Source: Utricularia gibba | Lineage: Eukaryota > Plantae > Magnoliophyta | Direction: 5' to 3' | Length of the DNA: 64,000 nucleotides | Assembly (NCBI GenBank): GCA_002189035.1 | Contig: NEEC01000015.1 | Span: 1-64,000, forward strand | In this document: positions 56,631 through 64,000 of the stretch, piece by piece | How the letters are laid out: the number at the start of each line of letters is the position of its first letter | Numbering within the stretch: position 1 is the first letter of the stretch | Translations under genes and position numbers: made by a program | The notes under the pieces: model-generated | Database searches by the model: none | Seen by the model: the letters and a program-made list of their open reading frames with translations, nothing else | Told to the model about the DNA's origin: nothing

Positions 56631-57535
56631 ATGTCGTCGGCTGCGGAAGAGCAGGTGAAGAAGAAGAAGAAGTTGGGAACTCAGGTGATGGGCCAGCCGG
56701 CGGCGCCCGCCGTGCATCCCGATAATCAGAGGACGGCCCCAAATCGCCCCGCTGGACAGTACTACTTCACCGATCATCCTTACGTCATGTTTTCCCCAGG
56801 CGCCACAACACCTGACAGCAAGCCTCTTGAATACGTGGCCAATTCATTTAACACATGGAGCCGCCGCACCGAGGAGATGGCTCACAACATATGGAACAAT
56901 CGTAATTCCCCACTCCCAATTCATGATACATCAAACTCAGAAAGCTAACATGAGTTTTGTGGTTTGCAGTTAGAACTGGATCCTCTGTGTATGAAGCTGC
57001 ATGGGGGAAGATGAATTTGGCAGCGAAGGCTTTAAACGAGGGAGGCTTTGAGTCTCTTTTCAAGCAGATATTCTCTGTGGAAGCCGACGAGCATTTAAAG
57101 AAAACATTCGCATGTTACTTTTCAACCACCACCGGACCGTCGCCGGGACTCTGTATCTCTCCTCTGCCCGTCTCGCTTTCTGCAGCGATCGCCTCTTATC
57201 TTTCCAAGCCCCTTCCGGCCAGCAGACATGGACTTACTACAGGGTATATTACATGAAAAACAAAAAAAGAAAAGATGTATCCACAAAGTAACAGTGTTTT
57301 GATTGGGTTTAAAAATCTGTTGCAGGTGAGCATTCCACTTGGGAGAATAGAGAGTGTGAATCCCGTAACGATGAGTAAGAATGCTGTGGAGAGGTATATC
57401 CATGTCGGGACTGTGGATAGGCACGAGTTTTGGTTCATGGGGTTTGTGAATTTCGAGAAGGCCTCACATCATCTCCTGGATACAATCCATGCTTTCAAAG
57501 CCACCGCAAATCCTTCCCTCGTTTATGTACAATAG
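56631..57535 (+). CDS. GEM-like GRAM-domain protein, 3 exons
   Basis: AAWGKMNLAAKAL.EGGFESLFKQIF, KTFACYFSTTTGP(V)AGTLYLS..AFCSDR, VSIPLGRIESVNP, HEFWFMGFVNFEKA. One C missing at 57137-57138. Confidence 0.92.
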
Positions 57536-58472
57536 AAACCTTGGATTCTACGTTATCAGTTTGTTTTGTAGTCGCTCTGTTGAATAAACAGAAGGTCTTT
57601 GGGCTTTCCATCGTTCATTGGTCTTCGGGGGTGTCTGCACAAAAATGAAAAGAATAGTGTGTAGGGTTAAGCAGAAAAAAGAAGAGCTTTGGATGGAGGA
57701 GAAATTCTCCGGTCTCCCAAAGTAAAAACCAGCAGCTACTGAGCAATACGTAGTAGCCACTAGCAGGGAGGCTTTTTACGTTATCCATCAGCCTTCCCTT
57801 TCCACTTCGATCCTCGCAACACTCAGTAGGCAGGATTCATGTAAGCTGTATATCAGTAAACTTCCTCCAGATCACACCACACAACACAGCAGCTGAAGGT
57901 GCATTCATGGTTTCCTCATGATAAAAAAAATACGTGAAACGTTTGATTGGCAGGAGAATTAAGGGGCTTGGTGTTGAACTTGAGATTACGGTTCAGGGGA
58001 GAGTCATGCTCGGCTTCTTTTTGGTCATTTCTGGGCAAAGGTCCCATTTTTCGCTGGAATACAAATTAAAGCATCGTCTTAGTCCTTCTCTTCATCTGTT
58101 GTTACTCCCAAATTTCATTCTTTTCCCTCTTGTTATTCTCCTCGACGCCAGTCTCCACATTATTCCACCAGTTACCATCAAACGACACATTCACAATCCA
58201 GAATCCCAAATGTTTCCATGGCACATCACCGTTGTCCACCATCACAAGTTATTCTCCAGCCCATCAGGAATCATGGAAATGATTAGTGATTGGAACTGCA
58301 GCACACCAATACAAGGACGAAAATCCGTGAACAAAGGTCTGAGGGAATCATTATCAACCCAGAGAACTTGTGCGAACAAGTCATCAGGCTGATAAATTTT
58401 CCCATAAAACATAACACAAATTCAAACCCAGATTCTAACGAAATACATAGGCAACAAAGAAATGGAAGAAAC

Positions 58473-59372
58473 TCAGCAGCAGCCGTGATACACTCGATCG
58501 AAATGCAGGAGCTGGCCGCAGCATTTGGGGCAGATTTCATGCTGCTTAGGTACCATGTAATACATCAAGCAGCTTTTGCATCCGGCCACCACGAGAACAT
58601 TAGCAGAAGTAATGCTACTACTCCCAGTCTCACCTAGCTGGTGTTCCTTTTGTTTGAAGTGGTTGTTGTTAACAGTCCATGGCTCTAAAGGGGAACAAGG
58701 AGACTCCGAAGTAGTTGAAGACAAAGACGAAGAATTCACACTCTCATACGAAATGCAATCATCTTCCTCTGAGTCATAACGATATCCGCCGCAGCAAATT
58801 GTTTTCCGAGGATCTTCCTTCGCTTTGATGCCGGTCGTCCAATTTATGTAGTAAACTTCGCCTGTCTACTCTAGTCCAACAAGAACAATACTCAAAACCA
58901 CACTATTCTTCACAAAATTAAAGCAAAAGGACAAACCTTGAAGCCCATGTAAACATAAATAAAAGCAATAAATGATCGCCATAAATGAAGAGGACTGTTC
59001 AGGTGGGTTTGCCCAAAAATCAAATCTTTTTAAGGTTTCAACTTTCAAATCACTAAATGTCCCCCAAACAAACAAACTAACACTCACAGCCATCGTATTT
59101 AATGTTGTAGAAGAAGGGATCTTATATGAAATTCGTTGGTTCCCCAACTCTACCTTCAAATCTAGGCATTGCTCCCAATGTAAAGGAAGCGCGGCTTGTG
59201 AATTTAGTTCCAATATAGAATCCGCAGCCTCGAGCGACGGAGATTCCGCCGGCCCTCCCGTTACATTGGCTGCTGAAGCATTTCCGTTGGTGGCGTGAGC
59301 GCGGCTCAAAGTGCACTTTTTCAAGGATCTCTCGAGAGATGCTGTGATTGTTGCCATATTAGGGGCAGCCAT
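58473..59372 (-). CDS. CFL1: CURLY FLAG LEAF1-like WW-domain protein, 2 exons
   Basis: MAAPNMATITASLERSL, LELNS..LPLHWEQCLDLK|TGEVYYINW (WW), C-terminal VLVVAGCKSCLMYYMVPK..CPKC. Confidence 0.9.
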
Positions 59373-60500
59373 TGCTTCTCCTGTTTTCTTTTCTTTTTTT
59401 TTTTTTCACTGAGTAGCTACCTGGCTTGAACACCCCAGAAAACAGAATCGGGAAGATGAGTATTTCTCGCTGGTTTGTTACACAGCCATTTCAGGAGAGA
59501 AGCTCCTCCTGTCCATAATCGCCAATTTATACTGCAAATTTACATACAACAGGCAGCAAAACAGCAGCTATCAGTGAGATTCATTGGTATAATTTTTTTC
59601 TCACGCTTGACTAAACAGTAGTGATAATTCGAGAACAAAATATTTGAAAAAGTGTGGATGTATTGTTGCTGGGTTAAAGGCATAGGCAAAGCTGAAAGGC
59701 GGAAAAGAAACACAGAGGCTCAGAACAAAGTTACTGGTTAGCAGCGCGCGTGATTTGGTCAATAGAATATTTAAAAGAATCAGCGGCAAACTGATGCATT
59801 ATTTTGTGTGGTTGGGGGTTCACGTGAAGGGCTCTGTGCCTGCGCCTGGGGCTGGGGCTGGGTCTCGGTCCCGGTGTGATCTTATTAGGGTTCTTTGAAA
59901 AGAGGCAGGAGGTAGATGGGGATGGCTGGACTGGACTGGACTGGACGCACCTTATTTCACTGCGGTCACAAAAACTGTACCTCTCCATCTATCTCACGTC
60001 CTCCGTCTTTTTGTCTAATTCCAATCAGGGTTTTGCACCAGTTTGGCCTTCTGCTGGAAATCATGCCACTCAGATCCTTCTCCCTTATTAGGCCTACGGC
60101 AGCTATGCTAGTTTTTAAGACTGGCTTATGAGTTCTTCAATCCAGGGTTTGTGGGGATCCCATCAGATTGGGTGTCTAATTTGCGCTTCTTCAGTACATC
60201 ACATGATACACTTGCCATGTCTTCATTACTTACAGTGTATTCAAAGTACAGGAATAAAAATCGTATTTTTTTTTTATACACAATAAAAGAATGGTGCCCC
60301 AGAAGCGTGAGCGTGTATATATGCATGATCTATCCTGAGACTGCAGAAGCTAAGACAACTCACCTAAATTCCTGCATACCATTCATCACAGTGAAGGATG
60401 GGATCATCTACGATGGAGAGGATGCAGGCAAAATGACATTTTGTGCAGTGTTTGTGTGAGACCGGGGACCTGTCCACCGCCGCCTGGGATCGAATACCTG

Positions 60501-63455
60501 CTAGCTGCGGGTTGAGACTGCCGGTGCCGGTGTGGATGATGCAACCGTCGAGTATTTCGATATGGAAGCAGCTGAGGGCAAGGGGTCATGATTCCTTGAT
60601 GCTAGAGGAGCAGAGTGGGCAGTAGGATGAGACGATCTTCCAGGAGCTGGTGGAAGCGGAAGCTCATGGAGTTCGCTTATCCTGGGAGGTGAGACAAACA
60701 TGGGAGAGTTATGGGAAGATGGCTTTGAGTTCAATGGTGGTTGGGACGACGGGGTGCGCAAAAGCGGCCCGAAAACGGAGGGAATGCAGGGAACTTGATG
60801 GGGTTACTGCTGGGAGATTATGGGGACTTGGCCATCGATTTCCAGTTAGGGGTCCAGAAAAGGACTGCTGCGTCTTCGCTTTTTTGGCATAGGATGCAGC
60901 AGCATTTGCATCTAGTTGCCTGTTTGCAGCTGAAACACTTTCCGTGAGTGGAGGAGGCAAGGGACAGGGTTTCTTTCGGGGGGACTTGTTCTCATCAAGT
61001 ACCGACTTCGCGGTTGAGGTCATCGAACCAGACTTGCCATTGTCATTCCCATCTGAGCTTGAGGACATTTGTCCAGCATTTGAGGCATTCTTCTTCAGAG
61101 GAGTTTCATTCGATAACTTCCCAGAAACTTGCGAATTCCTTGTCTCGTCTGGTGTTGGTAGCACATAAGAGACAAACTTGCAAGATGGGGAAGACCTCAG
61201 AGGCACGCCTCGCTCGACCGAACTTGGTTTTGTTCCTGGAAACAGAGGTGCTGATTTGCTGATTGTTGCCTTCTCTCTGAGGACTGAAAACGGGCACCGA
61301 ATAGCGCTTCCAAAAAGCTCCTACAGACATTCATCAGTATATTGATCAGGCTAATACACAAGTCACCCAATTGTGTTCTTAAATGATTATTTTACAGTGC
61401 AAAGCGAATAAGGGTCCTTACTTTCGGACCTCCAGGCTTGCTCACATGAGAACTTTCCACCGCATTACTGTCCACCTACAAAATAAGTGAAAACCATGCC
61501 ATGGCTCCATCAGTGTCAACTTAATCCAAAATCATGCACCTAACGCTTATGGACGTTGTTTTCAGTATGAAGATATGCATGGATGCTGAACTTACCTCCA
61601 TCGAATTTCTAGACTCAGAGGCGTCCTGGGGTGGACGGTTTCGTGTGTACCTAAAGCTCAATTCCCCAAAATCATGTGTTCCAGGATCATCATCAGTATC
61701 GTCATCCATATCACTTCTATCATCATATTCATCGCAACTTTCAGGGCCACTATCTCTGTGTCCAATAAATTTGTAATCAATATGATACTGTTCTGATAGC
61801 AATTTAACATGTGGTTCAATCGACTCCAGGGACGTCACTGCTCTCCTGAAGAAGGACAGCTGTTGAAAACAGCAAGTAAACGTGAGAATGATGCCATAAT
61901 GACAATGCAGGATGCAGGTATTTTTATGTTGGAAACAGAACAACCTGTGCAGCATGATGCCGAGACGCCTGAGTGAGAAAACTCTGTGATTGTCCTTGCA
62001 TTAGCGATTTCACGCGGAGTACAAATGCATTTGCCTCCTCCTCAAATTCATCTTGAGCCTCTTGTAACTGAGACGAAGAAAAGTAATCATCTTTGCTGTT
62101 ACTCAGCCTCCTCTTCTCTTTATGTTTCCTCTTTAGTTCTTGAAACACTTTCCTGTTAATTCATCATTCAGTAAAGTATACAGTCATCACTTGAAAGTTT
62201 GTAAACAGGACCGTGTCTGACCTTTTATCATCACAATGATTCTTCATCACCTGCATCATAGAAGGAAGGATCAAGGAATACTCGATGGAAATACTCTTAC
62301 GTAAGCTCATGGCCAAATTGGAAAAGCACGTCCGGAACAGAACATCGCACACAAAATGGAAGAAAAATAGGTAACAGAAATTGGTGGGAAAAGAAAGAAT
62401 ACGGAAATTGTGATGAATGGTGAGTACCTCTACAACTTGAAGTTCGTTTACAAGAGCCTTTGATGGAATAGAAATCGTCTTGCATATATGGGAACGCTGA
62501 TAAAGAAGACAAACTTAAGAAAAACAAATTACTCATGGGAAACCAGCACATGCACATTAATTGACACTTACATAAACATCAGCAAGATTTTGAAGTTCAA
62601 ACTGCGCTTTTCCAAGCATTAATAAAATTTTTCCTGCACAATATCAGATTCTGTATAAGCAGAAACATTATGCATACACTACGCGTGAAAGGCTTCAAGG
62701 AGAAAAAACTTCAAAAAGTTCGTGAGCATATTATCACAGAGCTAAAGATATTTGTGATTCAGTTTACCACTCTCTTCATCATCATTCAAGGCTGTTTTCT
62801 CAAGTAGACAATCTCCCATTTCCTTTAGCGATTCTGAAAATTCTGCAAAGTGAGGAAAAGATGGATTATTTGCAAGCACGAACTCCATACTACAAGAAGA
62901 TTTCATCTATCTGTTAATTACCATAGACGCTGTTTGCCATGGCAGCACCTGCCGAATGCAACCTTTCATAGCATTCTCGCATGTCTTTCAAGTTCTGAGA
63001 AAATGCATCAAAACCCAAAATCAGAAATCATGCCATCAGAAAAGCATCAATTTTGCTGTGAAGAATAAAGCAATCCAGTCAACGAAACGAAGTTGGAAAA
63101 AAACGACTAAATGTATCAGTTTCACACTGACGGTACTGGAATCTCCTAGCATAATTCGATAGCTGAACAGAGGAAGCAAAAAAACAGCCATCCTTCGTAG
63201 GATCAAATGGCACACCCAGAACCGGTTATTGACAATTATCATGAAAAAAAAAATCAATGCATAATATCGATTTCCCAAAAACGACAGCAGCCGATCTCCC
63301 ATTCTCGAAAGCAATCGAAACAGCAAGAGAGCAAGGCGCATTACCGTTGTCACTTGGGCAATCTCATCCCCCGCCGCAACAGGGTATTTCTTTACCGATC
63401 TTCTATTGCTCTCGGGTGCCGCAAATTTCCTTAATTTCTTCAACGATGTCATCAT
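60501..63455 (-). CDS. At2g33490-like BAR-domain / proline-rich protein, ~10 exons (3' end uncertain)
   Basis: MMTSLKKLRKFA, DMRECYERL..A.AMANSVYEFSESL.EMG.CLLEK, LTQASRHHAAQL, SKSAPLF, KFVSYVLPTP, SPPRISELHELP. The last exon has apparent frame breaks. Confidence 0.85.
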
Positions 63456-64000
63456 CTCAATCAAATTATTTCTCGTCGGAGCATGAATGTGCGAAATTAG
63501 CACTATAAAGAAGAATCTAATCCGGGATCGGTGCCAAGCGAAAGAGTGCAATCAGTGAAAAAGAAAATTATTCTTGACCTAGATCACGCCCTGAAAACAC
63601 TATAGAGAAGAAGGCAGGAAGAATTTGTGCATGGCACCTTAAAAAGCACCAAGTCCGTGTCCTCGTTTTCTTCGTCGCGTTAAAATCTGAGAAACCTTTG
63701 AAGATTTTAAGGTCCAGTCCAAATTCTTGGATGACCGACCAGTCAAACCTGAAAGCGCGTGCTGCTGGACTCCAAAAAGTCTGTTCACACACTACAAGCG
63801 TAAGCCGTGAAAAGCGATTTCTTGTTTGGGCCCAGAGTCGCTGTTCACACACAAGAAAAATATTTTTAGTGTTGGACCGAGCCGAAGAAGCATCATCATC
63901 CATCCTCAACAAAAACGGCATGACCCAAGTGCAGCTGAATGAATGCAAGAGACAGTATCCTCTGGGCCGACTTGATTTGCTTTTGTAACCCGTAAATCTC

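Overview
Left end of a plant (eudicot) nuclear chromosome. It starts with an Arabidopsis-type telomere (CCCTAAA)n carrying interspersed TTCAGGG/TTCAGG variants and runs into very gene-dense euchromatin with short introns, mostly 65-130 nt. About 20 protein-coding genes can be traced: psaD, HIGD, MFP2, two tandem PMEI-PMEs, PUM24, PDK, DUF4228, DUF1350, GAPA, three tandem HAK5-clade K+ transporters, RPS27, CYP51G1, DUF2301, a group-X ERF, NET3-like, GEM/GRAM, CFL1-like and At2g33490-like. There are also two clear pseudogenes (TPR protein, DHHC S-acyltransferase) and two solo LTRs with intact 5-bp TSDs. The compactness and telomere variant suggest Lentibulariaceae (Utricularia/Genlisea), which is inference only. 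Main observations: (1) 11 of about 97 hand-traced introns need a GC donor (7 independent sites), against about 1% typical for plants. (2) In the HAK5 triplet, the third copy keeps its ORF and acidic transport residues but has Leu at the F130-equivalent, a degenerate S35-type kinase motif and no C-terminal loop. (3) Many microhomology/filler-type repair scars are visible. Several single-base G/C homopolymer deletions that break conserved genes are most likely assembly errors. No bacterial-type features (CRISPR, rRNA, tRNA) were seen. All family assignments come from recalled motifs, not database searches.
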